Origin: Adineta vaga
Taxonomy: Eukaryota; Animalia; Rotifera
Assembly (NCBI GenBank): GCA_021613535.1
Contig: CP075495.1
Location: 5,890,001-5,954,000 of the forward strand
Direction: 5' to 3'
DNA: 64,000 bases
Part shown: one piece after another, positions 13,548-29,021 of the stretch
Numbering within the stretch: the stretch's first letter is position 1
Layout of the letters: each line of letters starts with the position of its first letter
The notes under the pieces: generated by a model
What the model saw: only the letters and a program-made list of their open reading frames with translations
The model's database searches: none
What the model was told of the DNA's origin: nothing
Translations under genes and position numbers: made by a program

Positions 13548-14477
13548 AGATAAGGTTGATTTTCTTGGATATAAAGTCTGTTGCGTGACGATACTTCAAT
13601 TTACATATCGAACTAGAGATGAAAGAAAACGAGCACGAATATCCTAGTTTTATTGTTATTGTTATTGTAAATTATTTTTTCATGCTCAAAATAATATATT
13701 GATTATTTGAATTCTTGTCAAAACTTTTAAAAGATATCAAAATTCCTTTGTTGAAGTTGATTGAATAAATTTTGTAAAAGAAAATGACTTTACAATTGCT
13801 GAAACAGAATGAAAATAAAATTCGATAGAAAGAATTCAGATGAACTATCAATGAACGTTCTTTTCTCTATTTCTCCGTTCTTATCCATAGCATCCATGCT
13901 TGTCAAATTCTGCCATCTATGTCTGCTAAAGGCACGTCCATTAAATGTATACAACGAGTAACTAATCATATTTTTTGAATAGAAAATACAAAGAAAAAGA
14001 ATATTACGCTACTACGGTTTGTTCGATTCTCCTTCTATATATTGCCTTGATTATCTTGTCTTAACTTGAATACAAATACTGTCATTGATACTTTGTTCGG
14101 TTTAATATCTCCATCGATTGTATAAATAAATGACTGTTATATATATTTTTTAACGTCCTTGAATTATTTTTCATGGAAAGAAAAGATACTATGTTCGTCT
14201 AATAACGATGGAAATATATTCAATTGGATGATAATAAAATTCTTTCGTTTATTTGTCATGTCAGGCATCGAGGTAATTTTTCATTTCGAATAAATAACTA
14301 ACACCTGTTTATTTCGCATCGATTATATCATCTAGAGAATACATGTAGGCATTTATTTTACTGCTTATCTTTCTTCTTTTTGCTTCTGAAATTAATAATA
14401 ATCTATTGAAATGCTTTGCTTTTCGTGATATCAGTGATGATGAAGAATATGTAACTTTGTTATATTCTAGATTGATC

Positions 14478-15823
<1,346 letters not shown>

Positions 15824-16228
15824 AGAAAAAAACAACCCAGATCAATGCATTTAGAAAATCTCGTGAAAAAAAGAAAGTATATGATTTGTTATCTGTAGAC
15901 GACGTCTTCGTTTTTATTGTGATTTTCGTTTTTGATCAGTATATACGTGCAAAGTCGTGATTTTAGATTTCTAGTTGTGAAGATTATTCCATAAGTTTTT
16001 CTTTTTGGTTAGGCTTTTTGTTTTTCTTGATAGACATTAGAATAAACCTACGAGGTTATTTTTTTTTCTATTTGTTTATCGAATGCTCAAACAATGCCAG
16101 GATTGTCACTTCAAGAGCATAGCAATCTGTCTGTCTATTTCCTTTTCTTCTAGATGTTTATTAGTGCTTGGCTGTCATTCTTATTATTTACTAACGTAGG
16201 AACAAATTCAATTAAGTAATAATAGAAA

Positions 16229-16904
16229 TTGAACAACGCAATTAAATTTATTCTCTTAATTATGACTAGTTCAACAAGTTGTTTGTTCACAGACGAAGAT
16301 GTTCTATTCGATTTTACCAAATCAACATCGTGTATTAATGATTGGATTGAAATATCGGACACAGAACGAGATGTTGGTAAATCTAAAGGAATACTTGTAG
16401 AACATAAGAGTGAGCAATTTCAACGTGCAATCTTCTTTTCACTATTAAATCCACAACCAAATGGTGCTGGATTTGCCGGTATAGCTTATCGAACGAAAAC
16501 ATTCGATTTAAGTTCATTTTCAGCTCTTAAATTATCCGTACGTGCACAAGGTGAAAGCTTTGTTTATAAAGTTATTTTAAGACATCATCACGACGAATCA
16601 TCATTATTACCATCGTACGAAATCTTTTTTGAAGTAAGAGGAGAACTTCATAGAAAAATTTCGATTGAATTTATCATTTTCTTAGCTACCAAAAAATGAA
16701 ATCACTCAACAATATCTATTATTCAAAGATTTTGAACCCTATAGTCGTGGTAAACGATTAGATCCAAATACAACATTACCATTAGATTTAAAAGAGATCA
16801 CCAGTATTGGTTTACAAATCTTTGGTGGTGTATATTCTCCTATCAAACAACATGGTACATCTAGTCTAGAAATTGATTTCATTAGTGCTGTCAAATGTGA
16901 ATGA
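16229..16904 (+). CDS. Stand-alone CIA30-domain protein; start codon uncertain; at least 2 exons
   Basis: 'VLFDF...WIEISDTERDVGKSKG...LNPQPNGAGFAG...DLSSFSALKLSVRAQG', and second exon 'FKDFEPYSRGK...ITSIGLQIFGGVYSPIKQHGTSSLEIDFISA'. Confidence 0.78.
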
Positions 16905-17860
16905 ATGGTGTGATACTTCTTTATTGTATTTTCGTAGTTCGATCCGGTAAGATTAGAATATACACAAAAATATATTTTGATTGTATGATTCATTTGATAT
17001 GTTGTAATCATGAAAACGACATTAGTTTTGCATATTATTTTTTTGATTCTATTTTGTTTGAATAAAGTCATAATCGTTGTGCGTCACATCATACATATTA
17101 GAAAGAAAAGTACATTGATGAATTCCTTTTACAAACAGGGTATAGATCTATTTTTGTTTCTTTTTTTCTTCCCCTCTGTTCTTTCCTTGTACGTTTGTAC
17201 ATAATTTTTCCTCGATGTCTTAACCTTGATCACCTATGAAATCAAAACAACAAAGGTTTGTTGTTATGGATTATCACATAGAAAAACTCGATTACTTGTA
17301 TGTTTTTTTTTCTAATCATATAATACATTCTATTCCAGATCAAATAACAATGACATTCTTATCATTTGGGCTTTAAAAAATGAAAAAAAAAACCGAACGA
17401 AACTAGAGTCGAATCAAATCTACAAAAGAATGTCTACATTTATCACAGCTATTCTTTCTCGTGAGTACAACAGTGATGTATAGATTTCTTTTCTTTTTGT
17501 CGATTCCTTCTCAAAGAAAAAGGAAGCCTTACAGAGAGTTTTCTTTTGTCAAATTAGTTTGCAAACCATCAGTGATCAGTCACACAGTATGCTTTTGCAA
17601 GAGACAGACAGACAGAGAGAGAGAGAGAGGAAAGAAAGAAAACAAGCGCAAAAAGACAAATCTGATTTTTTTTCTTTTCAATATTCTATCAGCATGATAC
17701 TACATTTTTCTTTCACAATTCATACCTCATCAGAATCATTGAAAAGCAGAAATTAGTAACTCATAACACGTATAGGTGATCTCTGTTAGACTGAATATTT
17801 GTAATTTAGGTTAATTTTTCTTTCCAACGTACATAATCAACAGTAACAATACTAACGACG

Positions 17861-20342
17861 ATGGGTGATCAAGAAACAGAGAATCATTTAACTGGCTTTG
17901 ATATAACAGTTTTAGTTATCTATTTTATCTTATTAATTGGAGCAGGATTTTACTCAATGTTTAAATATAATCGTTCAACAGTAAAAGGTTATTTTCTTGC
18001 CAATAGACAAATGCCATGGATATGTATTGGTGCAAGTTTATTTGCATCAAATATTGGCGCCGAACATTTTATTGGATTAGCAAGTTCTGGTGCAGCGAAA
18101 GGTAAATTGGTTTTTTTCAAAACTCAATATTTCATTTTTCTTTTTCACATAGGAATAAGTGTTGGCGCATTTGAATTGAATGCAATTGGAATTATTCAAT
18201 TACTTGGTTGGGTATTTTTACCAGTATTTGTTGCTACTGGCGTATCGACATTACCCGAATATATGAGTCGACGATTTGGTGGACAACGTATACGTGTTTA
18301 TATAGCTTGTCTTTATCTGATCCTTTATATATTAACGAAAATAAGTGTGAATATTTATGCGGCATCATTATTTATCAACTATGCTTTCCATTGGAATATC
18401 TATTTAAGTGTTTTATTTGTTTTGATTCTAACAGCCATTTGTACGGTATCAGGTGGTTTAGCTAGTGTTATGTATACCGATACAATACAGGCTGTAATTA
18501 TGATTTTTGGTGGATTTGTTTTAATGATTTTATCTTACAAAGAAATAGGTGGTATATCGGAATTGTATCGACGCTATTTAAATGCAATGCCATCACTGAT
18601 CAATGATGAACAAATAGGAAATTTCACAACTATTTCATTGAATCAAACAAGTTTAATGAATACATGTGGTAAACCAACAGTAAAATCATTTCAAATGTTA
18701 CGATCTATATCTGATCCTGATATGCCATGGTTAGGATTCTTTCTTGGACATACACCAAATACTATATGGTAAATATTTAAAAGAAATTTCTATTCAGAAA
18801 ACTCTAGAATAATTTATTAGGTATTGGTGTTCGGATCAAATGATGGTTCAACGTGTCTTAGCTGCGCAATCCATTTCCCATGCTCGTGGTGGTACTTTAT
18901 TAGCTGGTTATTTAAAAATTTTACCTCTTTTTATGATTATTATTCCGGGAATGATTAGTCGAACATTATATCCAAATATTGTTGCATGTAATCAACCATC
19001 TACATGTGAATCCGTCTGTCTTAGTAAACGAAGTTGCACGAATGTTGCATATCCAACATTGATATTAAAAATTCTACCAACTGGTTTCAAAGGTGTTATG
19101 CTCGCTGTTATGCTTGCAGCATTAATATCTGGTTTAACATCAATATTTAATTCTGCAAGTACAATATTTACTGTAGATATTTATCCAAATATATTTTCAT
19201 ATCGTCGAAGAAATATAACAAATCGTGAATTAATGATTGTTGGCCGTGTTTTTGTTCTTTTAATGACAGCTGTTGGAATTGGTTGGATACCCATTGTTAT
19301 ACAAATGCAAGGTTCAGAATTATATATTTACATGCAACAAGTAATTGGATTTTTAGCACCACCCATTGCTTGTATTTATTTATTGGCTGTTCTATGGACA
19401 CGTGCTAATGAACGTGGGGCTTTTGCTGGATTAATGGTTGGTTTCGTATTTGGTTTAATACGAATGGTATTAGAATTTTCCAAGCAACCACCATTATGTG
19501 GTGAGAAGGATACACGATTTTGGTTTATACGAAACATACATTTTATGTATTATGCTTTATTTTTATTTTGGTTAACATTTTTTACATGTGTTATTGTTTC
19601 ATTATGTACACAACCACCGACAAAAGAACAGTTAAATCGAACAACATTTTGGACAAGAAATCAAAAATCCGATCTCGAACGTATGCATATGAAAGATAAT
19701 ATCGATCATAAAACATCTGTTCCAAGGTAAAAAAAAGATTAACTTAATGTTCGAAGAAATTCTTCAAATACATTTCATTCTAGTCATACATTTAATAACA
19801 AAGAAGTAAGTCCATCATCTTCCGTACATTATGATAAAATTACAAATGGAGTTGAACAATCACAACCGGAAATTTTTCTTCCAAAAACATCCTCCTTTGG
19901 TCCTGGAACATTATTGATTAGTCGAGATGGCGAAGATGATGTTAATAGTATTCGTATTAATACGGCACGAACAACTTCAACTGATGATGTATATCGCAAC
20001 ACAAAAATAAACCCACATATGCATTCACAAACATCAATTCCAAATGATTCCTCTGGTCGAATAGAAGAAAGTAAAGGTTGTGATATTTTAATACTTTTAA
20101 AATCATGTTGGACATGGTTTTGTGGTTTGGATGATGGTCAAAATGATTTATCCGATGTTGATGAAAATCATCAACAACGACAAACAATGAATGAAGCACA
20201 TGATTTCATGTTGCAACACCGTGAAGAACGTCCAATTATCAAATGGATATTAAATGCGAATTTAATTTTTCTGATTCTTATTGAAATCTTTTTATTTGTT
20301 GTATTTTCGTTACCTGTTAAGTATACATTTTGGCGTACTTAA
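17861..20342 (+). CDS. SLC5 sodium:solute symporter (SGLT / sodium-myo-inositol cotransporter-like); 4 exons
   Basis: 'STVKGYFLANR...GASLFASNIGAEHFIGLA', 'TLPEYMSRRFGGQRIR', 'IW|YWCSDQMMVQRVLAA', 'LTSIFNSASTIFTVDIY', plus a C-terminal TM segment. Confidence 0.92.
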
Positions 20343-20818
20343 TTTACTTTCATTCGTTCTTTTCTTCTCCTAATATCCAGATATATATTTTTTTTTGATC
20401 TATAAATGTTTAATCTATCTTTGTTTTTAGTTTAATTGTTTTTTTTATATTGTGCACTTACAAATATTTTGTGGTTAATTTAATGAATCAGTATCAGTTA
20501 TTTTTTGTGTTTCGTGAATAAACAGTAAAAGGTGTAAATTCTATCGAAAGATTTCTATCCGTATCCATTCGTACAATCAGACTGTAATTATATTTGAAAT
20601 GAATAGAAAAACGAACTTTTTTTCGAATTTATATGGATCATTAATTAACGACATCTACAAAATGGTCATTCTATTGAAACATTGCTTTTGACCATTCTGA
20701 TGCATACTTTTGTCCCATCATAATTCGTTTGTTCTTCTATTTTTCTCATTCATTTAAACCAACTCTATTTCATCGCGATTGTTGTGGAATAAAAATTGTT
20801 TGTCTTCTTAATTTCGAC

Positions 20819-22161
20819 ATGTTTTTCTCTAAAACTTATCTTTTTTCTCTCCTAATTCTTTTTCTACCGAGTCTTATTTCAACTCATTCACTTCAACTCA
20901 CGGACAGAACATGGAAAGATATGTTATGTGGTCAATGGATGGTGGAATTGTGAGTGAAATTATTTCATTTCATTTCTGTTTAACTTAATATTCATCAAAA
21001 TAATCAATCCTTTTTTCTCTAGTTATGCACCATGGTGTCCATCATGTCAACATTTCACACCAATTTGGACTGAATTTGCTAAAGCAATGACTGCGAAAGA
21101 GATTAAAGTAGCTGCAGTTGATATCAATGATTATCCATCTTTATCCGGTCGTTTTCGGATATCGGTCTTACCGACCATATATTAGTGAGTTTGAAAGAGA
21201 TATGAAATTCTACAACCTTTATTTTTATAATCTAGTGTTCGCGATGGTGTTTTTCGTCAATATAATGGTGAACGATCATTGAATGGATTGAAAAATTACA
21301 TTGAATTTCAAGAATGGCAACGTACTGAACCTGTTTCACCTTATTTTGCTCCAGATAGTATTCCGTATGTAGATCATGTCAATCAAGTTCAATTTGTTTA
21401 TTTGGTTTCTTTTCTCTTTTTCTCTCTCTCTCGCTTAGAATGTCAATGATCAGTTCACTTTTCGACATATCTGTACTTGTGAAGGTCTGTTGGAAGATAA
21501 TAATTTAAAGCGATATTTTCATTTTTAACTATTTAGGATGCATATACAGTTTTATTGGAAAAATATGGATGGCCCGCTTGGCTTATCTATATTGTCTTCT
21601 CTCTCATTGTAATATTGATTGGTTTTATTCTTGGATTTGTAAGTAAACTGTATAAATATTTTTCATGAATGAATTCTGTTTTTTTTTGCAAGGGATTTTT
21701 AATGATTATTGATTATTGTTTAACTGGTACACCTAAGGATGAATTCGATTATATTCCTGATGATTCACGAGATGTTGAAGATTTAGTAAAATAATTTCTT
21801 ATCTATGATTAAGCCATTCCTATTTATTATATTCTAGGATGACAGTGATACACAAAAGTTGTTAAAAAGTAAAAAGAAAACAAAAACAAATCTATTGGGG
21901 CCTACTCTTACCTCATCAACTCCACAACGTTCAACAACAACAACAGCAGCATCTTCAAAAGTCCATTCATCACCACTCGTAGAACTTCAAGATGACGAAG
22001 CATTGTTAGATGAAGTTCTTACTGGCGATCAAGATGATGATGATAGCGAAGGATTGAATACTTCCGATGTTGCACAAGGTACTGATGATGATAATGATGA
22101 CGATGATGACGATGATCAAACAACAAGTACATCAATTCGTCAACGTCGAACAAATAAATAA
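20819..22161 (+). CDS. Thioredoxin-related transmembrane protein (TMX1/TMX4 family); about 7 exons
   Basis: Signal peptide, 'GQWMVEF|YAPWCPSC', 'YPSLSGRFRISVLPTIY|...VRDGVFRQY', a TM helix, and an acidic tail ending 'SIRQRRTNK' (RQR ER-retention motif). Confidence 0.88.
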
Positions 22162-25105
22162 ATTTATCGAAAATGGTCTCAGAAAAACGACTTCTGTGAT
22201 ACTAATCAAGAAAGATAAAAGAAACTCTAATCGAAGTTGATGCTTCTTTGATAATCTCCTTTTTGTTTGTCGATACTGTGTGTGTGTGTGTTCTAAACGA
22301 TTATGTTCTTTCCTTTTTTCGATGAACTTCAAACTAATCTAATTTTCTTTGTACATGAAAATTATGCCTAAAATTATCTTTTCCTTCTTTTTTCTTCGGT
22401 GAATTCTACACAAAATTTTTCTTGTATAGTAAAATAAATTAGATGAAATAGTGAAAGAGATTCATTTGTATTCCTCTTCGTTATTCAAGATTAAACCATA
22501 ACATTTGATCATGAATGTCATCACGTATTACACTGATATAAAAGTTGGTTTCTTTTTTTTGCTCATAGATAAAGGTAAATGACATTGTAGTTAAGGTAAA
22601 TTTATCGGCGAAAGAAACAAGCAGTTTAATAATGTGAACTGAACAGAGAAAAATCTAGAAAAAAAGCACTTAAAGCTACTTAGAGATTTCTTTCGATGAA
22701 AGGAAAAACAAGGGGTGTTAAAGTCAACAAAAGAAATTGAAAAATATATTTACATATAAACGAAATATTATCTCATCAAAATCTATGAAAAAAAGAGTAA
22801 ACTGTTTATCAAGATAGAAGAAAAGAATCATTGGTTTTTCTATAAACCTTCAGGGCAAGAAGTTGCTTTATATATATATTTGTATAATAGGAAGATATGA
22901 GCAACAATGTCAATAAAATACATATGTACGTACAGGTCAAAGTATTTCGAAGGCATCATTTACATTTCACTTATCAAAGAATTGAGGTATACATTACATC
23001 ATTGATCAAGTGGAAATAAAAGATGTAATATGAAGCATTGGATGAAGTTGACAACAACTATTCGATTGGATATTGACCTTCTTTCAGACAATATAAAACT
23101 CCAATCAAGAATCCGTTACTTTTCAACTACTTAACATTTGATAAATGATGATAGCATCAAAATTGATATTTCAATTGACTATTTTTCTTGATGATTTTCT
23201 CATTGATGATTGAGAAAAGAAACGAAATGAACATATTCCCTTGAGCATTTCATGTTGTTGTTTTTTGTTTCGTACAATGTCGGTCGATGAACAAGATGTT
23301 TCTTTGCTCCTCCTTAGTGTCGTCTTTTATCGTTTGAATTGTATGCTTAAAGCGCCGTTCATCTTTCTAGACATGTATGCATGAGATACCGCAACTTAAC
23401 GTTTCGTTTCTTTTCTTCTTCTTCTTCTTTTTCGTCCTCTATTGTTTGCTCATCAACTCATCGTTTAATCGTTTTTGATTTTTGTTAGCGACAAATCATC
23501 ATTATTATCGTCATCAGTTCATCAAGGAAAAAAGAATCGACGTTCACTATGTATATATATCTAAATGTATGTCTAGAGAGGATTGGAGCATACCTTTGTA
23601 CACGTTCATTGCCTAGAGATATGTGCGCAAAAGCTCTATTTACTTTGATGTTTGAATGTCGTCTTTTCTTATGACAATACATATATATGTATATCTTGAG
23701 CAAGTGTATCATGTCTTTTGAGTGAGTGAGTGAGTGAGTGATGGTTGTAATATCGTTTTTCTGTAGTCAATTAGCTTATGTTAGAAATTTCATGCTTATA
23801 TTAATGGATTTGAAGAAGAGGAAGAAGGAATGATTAATTCATTCGTTCGATGATATGTATTTGTATATGTATGTGCATATGCATATATTGAAGAAGTCAG
23901 GTGCAATTGATTTCAATCATTTTCGAAAGAAAAGAAAAGAGATGGATAAGTGAAAAAGCTAACATTTCCGGTAACTCACTTCATGAATCTAAAGAATGTT
24001 GATACTTAACTTGATCCACATAGTTGAAGAGTAGTCTTCGCTAAACAACTGATCAATCTTATAGGTGGAAAAATAGCGACGAAAAGATCGGATATCTTTG
24101 TTATTTTTTCGAAAATATGTTATCTATCTATTGTCCTTCGTTTATTTGTTTAAGAAGAGTCTAGTCATTCATTTCATTTTGTTCTCTTTCAACTTGTCTC
24201 ATTCTTTGTATTCGCTCATTAATCAACATTTTAAAGCACTTTTTGTATATATATATAAATCGAAAGAAAGAAAAGTGGGCAGGCGGTAGTTTCAAGGGCT
24301 AACGAAAGAGATCGATGCTTTAGATACGTTCATATACGTACGATGATGAGTTATAACCCATCAGTAAGAAGAGAGAGAGAGAGAGTTCGGTGGTTGAATT
24401 TGACAACAAGGATCACTTGTACATATACCTCGTAAGTGATAGAGAAAGAGAGCGAACAACTGACCGATCATTTTCACACATCTTTCTTTTTCGACGCGTC
24501 GATAAGTAAATTTTGACATTTTTTTGTGTCGCATTCTATACATATATGTACATAGAAGAACAGTAAGACCGACAACAATTTGTAATATGATTCGTTCCCA
24601 TGTTTGAAGATATATCGTTCAATTCACTTCGAACTAAAGAATCACATTTCTTCCTCTTCACAATAATTATTTGATATTGATCATTGATAACCAGGCACTA
24701 TTTTAAAATAATCTTTCTCTTTTTTTTCCAGCAATGTTTGTAATTATACATTAGTCTATGTATACGAATACTTTATGATATAATTTTTGACAAGAAGAAC
24801 TTTCTAAGATGATCAACAGAAGTGGTATGATGCAAGAAACTAATTTCTTTTTTGCTTCGAACGATAAGTGTGAAAAAGTACTCAATGTTTACACTTGCTT
24901 GTGTTTATCATTTAATGTCGAAAAGAAGTAATGACGATCGATGATGTACTAGTTAATTAGGAGAGCAAAAGTGAGAGACAGACATTTTTTCCCATTATCG
25001 ATCATCGATGTGCTCTATTGATATTGCTGATGTTGCTATACATTCCATCTCGTCAACTGATAGACAGGCGAGAGAAAGGCGTGTCCGTCGATTAACTACA
25101 ATTAA

Positions 25106-26245
25106 CACGAGCACAATTCATTGTATGGTAGCAACAGACGAAAAAAGAAGATGAGGATCATCGATAGTATGTGCGTGTTTAGATGCTTCACCTACCAACA
25201 CCATATATATGTATCTACGAGATAAGTAACAATCACCATACACATTTCAATGTGATGTGATGTGATGTGATGATGATCGCGCGTGCGTTTGCATACCAAA
25301 CAAGTTGACTTTGCTCGTGCACGCACGTGCATATACACATCAGTTTCACTTACACTTTTTGTTATTTCGAGTAACAAATATACATTTCTTATCCATACAT
25401 TCTTTCTGTCTGTCTGCCTGACAAGAGAAAAAAAATACGAAGAAGATAAGTAATATACAATTTACAGATGATGACAATAATAACAAAAAGAAAAAACTAC
25501 TTAATTCTTAACAGATGCAAAAATAAGCTTTTGGATGGATATTGAACCTTGTGTACGAAAGATTTTCTGCTTTATATATCATACATGAAGAAGAATAAGA
25601 AAAAGGAAAAATGGAGAGAATTTGATATGGCTAAATTCTCTTTTATTGATATCACTAACGGATAATGTTCTCTCCATTTACACATCTGAGTAGTGGGCGT
25701 CTTGGCAATTCCACTTGACACGTCAATCTTAAGATCAAATAGTGCTTGCTACCGTTATGATGATGAGGGTGATGATGAACACTGTACGTGTTCTTTTTTT
25801 GTTTTCATGCATCAACGAAACAAAGTAAAAGCTGATGAGATCACCTGCCTTTTAAATCGAATCCTATCCTTTTTCTTCTATTCCCTTAAGATATGAAATA
25901 AAAAGAACAAAGATGAATATACATCGATGTATAGTAATGATAGAATAAGACTATACAATTTCAATTTCTTCTGATGATTTGCCATAGGGTGAATATATCA
26001 TGCCATATTATTCCAGTAAAATCTTGAAAAGAAACGGAATTTATCGATTGGATAGTCAATATATGTAAATGATACTTCTTGCTCTTTTTCTTTTCTCTTC
26101 TATGCACTCTCTTTTTTCTCATCAGAATATTTATTTGGCCAACAGCACGAGTCGTCCATCTTCATCATTCGTTCGTTCGTTTCATTCTTTCTCTGACCAA
26201 CCATACTACATCATACACACGATCTCGCGTGCGTCAAGACACGAG
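25106..26245. promoter_or_regulatory. Clusters of N-box, class C and E-box sites upstream of HES (putative autoregulatory elements)
   Basis: CACGAG at 25106, 25314 (rc), 26146 and 26240; CACGCG (rc) at 25280 and 26226; CACGTG at 25324, all in AT-rich DNA. Confidence 0.5.
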
Positions 26246-26446
26246 AGAAGAGAAGAGAAGAGAAGAGAAGAGACGGTAGAGAGAGAGAGAAAAAAAGAGA
26301 AGAAGAAAGAATAATTATAGTGCAATCGTTGAAACAACGAATCAGAATACATATATACATTTACACATCTACATATACACGACTATATCACTTCTCTAAA
26401 CTATTAGATCCTGTTCACATACTCTCCTACTCATTTATTTCAAACA

Positions 26447-27402
26447 ATGCCTGCTGATCGTTTTGCACCTTATCCAATGCCATCACATCTTGGTCACAGT
26501 GATTATCGAAAGGTACTAGACGAAAATGAAAACAAATTTTTCAATCACTGATTGATTAGTCAGCAAGAAAATATAATTTTTCTTCTGTATTCTAGAATGC
26601 TAAACCAATTATGGAAAAACGAAGACGAGAACGAATTAATCGAAGTTTAGAAGAATTAAAAAATCTTATTCTTGATAATGCAACAACAAATGTAAAATTC
26701 TTGATTGATTTTGTTTTTCTTTTTATATTTTTATAAAAATTCTTTCTCTAGAATGTGCGTAGTCATAAATTAGAAAAAGCTGATATTCTCGAAATGACTG
26801 TTAAACATTTACGAGCAGTTTACAAACATAAACTAGCAAGTAAGAAAAATATATTTTCAATTTTTCATAACAACACAAACATTTTCATCTATCTAGATGC
26901 AGCTGCTGTTGATCCAACTATTGCTTCGAAATATCGTGCTGGTTATGGTGAATGTGCAAATGAAATTATACGGTTTTTAACTACAACACCGAATGCTGAT
27001 TTAGAATTGAAAACAAAACTTATTTCACATCTATCAACTCGTATACAAAATCTTTCTTCACTATCGATTTTACCACCTATACAACCAACTCTATCGCAAA
27101 GTCATCCGACTGCTGGTTTATTAACAAAAACAGATCGTTATTCTGTTAATTCATCAACAAATAATCAATACATTTTTATTTTATCTCAACAAGAACAACA
27201 AAGACAACAACAACAACAAAACCAGCATCATCATTTGCAAAGTACATCAACAACATTTGATGAACAAGATTGTAGTTCAACATCTTCTAATAATTCAAGT
27301 GATTGTGAATCATTAAAATCAGAAATACTTACAACAACACCAACTGATAGTCCGGCAAGTACAATGAATGACTCACCATCAAAAGTATGGCGACCTTGGT
27401 GA
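26447..27402 (+). CDS. HES: Hairy/E(spl) bHLH-Orange repressor; 4 exons
   Basis: Basic region with Pro 'DYRK|NAKPIMEKRRRERINRSLEELK', 'KLEKADILEMTVKHL', Orange 'YRAGYGECANEIIRFL', and C-terminal WRPW. Confidence 0.95.
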
Positions 27403-28192
27403 CCTATAAGACGTTTAATTCACATCAATATTCGTGTTGTTGTCGTTGTTGTTTTTTTGCATTGTTATTTTGTGTACATTTTAACAAAAAAAAGATATGT
27501 GTCTGTATGCAATGTTAATCCGTGTATTCGGCAGTTCATTAGGAAGGTGATGAGATGTGAAAGTTAATTTAAAAAAATATTTACACCTCAATGTATATGT
27601 TGAATATGGTTATATATCTCTTATTCCTGATCTCTCACGGTATAATTCTTATGTATACATCGACAAGGTGGAGAAAAGAAAATGTGTTGAGATGCGCTTA
27701 TTCTAACGAGATTTCAATACATATAAACACTTGACAATGAAATCGAGATGTATGACTTCTTTACTGTCTCAATTAACTTAATGTTTCTTTTTTTGCTTGT
27801 ATTTCGTTTCTATAATCTGACAACGACAAGTGGAGAACAATCAATCGTCACTATTGTCGATAATGAGAACAGCCAATGTTAACTTTTCAAAATCAAGTCG
27901 AAAGGACATAAATGAACGAAAGAAAAAGTTTTGAGATAGATTAGTAATGACTTAAATGAATAATGATTAGAAAATGAGACATCGAAACGAAAGAAAGAGA
28001 ACTCAAACAAATGTACAGTATCGATGACTAAAAGATATGATAGACTTTCGTATGACAAATGGTTGATATGATTCGTTAATAATATTTCCAAAAATGAGAA
28101 TTTGAATCATCGACAAACTCGATAAGAAATCATTCAATGTCAATCAATAATCGATTCGAAATCTATCGTGTATGATAAAGAGAAAAAACTAA

Positions 28193-29021
28193 TTACTTTG
28201 TAACACCAAGTTCAAGGTACATCAAATGTCTTTGTGGTATTAAATGTTTAATATATCGTTTATAAAGAAAAAAATCTTGTAGATTTTCTTCCACTGATAA
28301 ACTTTGATTTGTTGTGAAAAAATTGAATAAATTTTCCGATTCATTTTCGTCGAAAGCATCTTCCATTGTTGATAACATTTGAATGAATAATTTTTTATGT
28401 AGATAATTTTTCTTTGATTGATCAAGTTTTTGAAAACATTTCACAAGAACTTGTTCATCAACAGGTTGATAATTTTGATATATATATTTCGGTAAAATAA
28501 TATCAATATAATCGGAAATATGTATTAAATGATGATCTATGTCGATTTCTTCGCGTTCATTCGTACGTGATTGCGGATGATAACGCATTGCTAATAACAA
28601 AAAACAGTATACAATGAAAAAATTTAATTCCAGTTTAATTGTTACCAAGAATCAATTGATTCATTTCATGATGAGACTAAAGAAAAAGAAAATCGGAAAA
28701 GATTTCGACATTTTTTTTATTTATAAAAAAGCTAACAGGTACGAATTCAAGTGAATAAATAATGTTATGCATATCACGATCAAATACAAAATTTGTTAGA
28801 TGGCATTCATAAGCATAGAATGTTTCAGTTAATTGTTGATATAATTTCAATATATCAAGATTATTCGTTTGTTCAATAGGTAAAGTTGCAATAGTATCAC
28901 GAAAACCTATAATAAATATCATATTTAATGATTAGTTGTAGTAGAACTTACGTTGTTCAATATCCATTGTATTAAGATCATTTGTATCATTTATGATGGA
29001 TTTTTGTTTTTTGGTTGCCAT
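28193..29021 (-). CDS. EF-hand protein resembling dynein regulatory complex subunit 8 (DRC8/EFCAB2); 4 exons
   Basis: ATG 29021; exons ~29021-28952, 28906-28737, 28676-28646 and 28590-28193 splice in frame. 'ETFYAYECHLTNFVFDRDMHNIIYSLEFVPSHHEMNQLI...YQPVDEQVLVKCFQKLDQSKKNYL...EDAFDENE' parallels EFCAB2 as I recall it. Confidence 0.7.

Noticed and set aside
21020-21050. CPSC rather than CPAC/CGHC active site in TMX
   Set aside because: CPSC is the known TMX4-type motif, so it is not novel.
26069-26314. ORFs over GA-rich tracts (also 499-711, 17461-17756, 35376-35591, 41935-42151)
   Set aside because: Low-complexity purine/pyrimidine promoter or UTR tracts with no coding signature.
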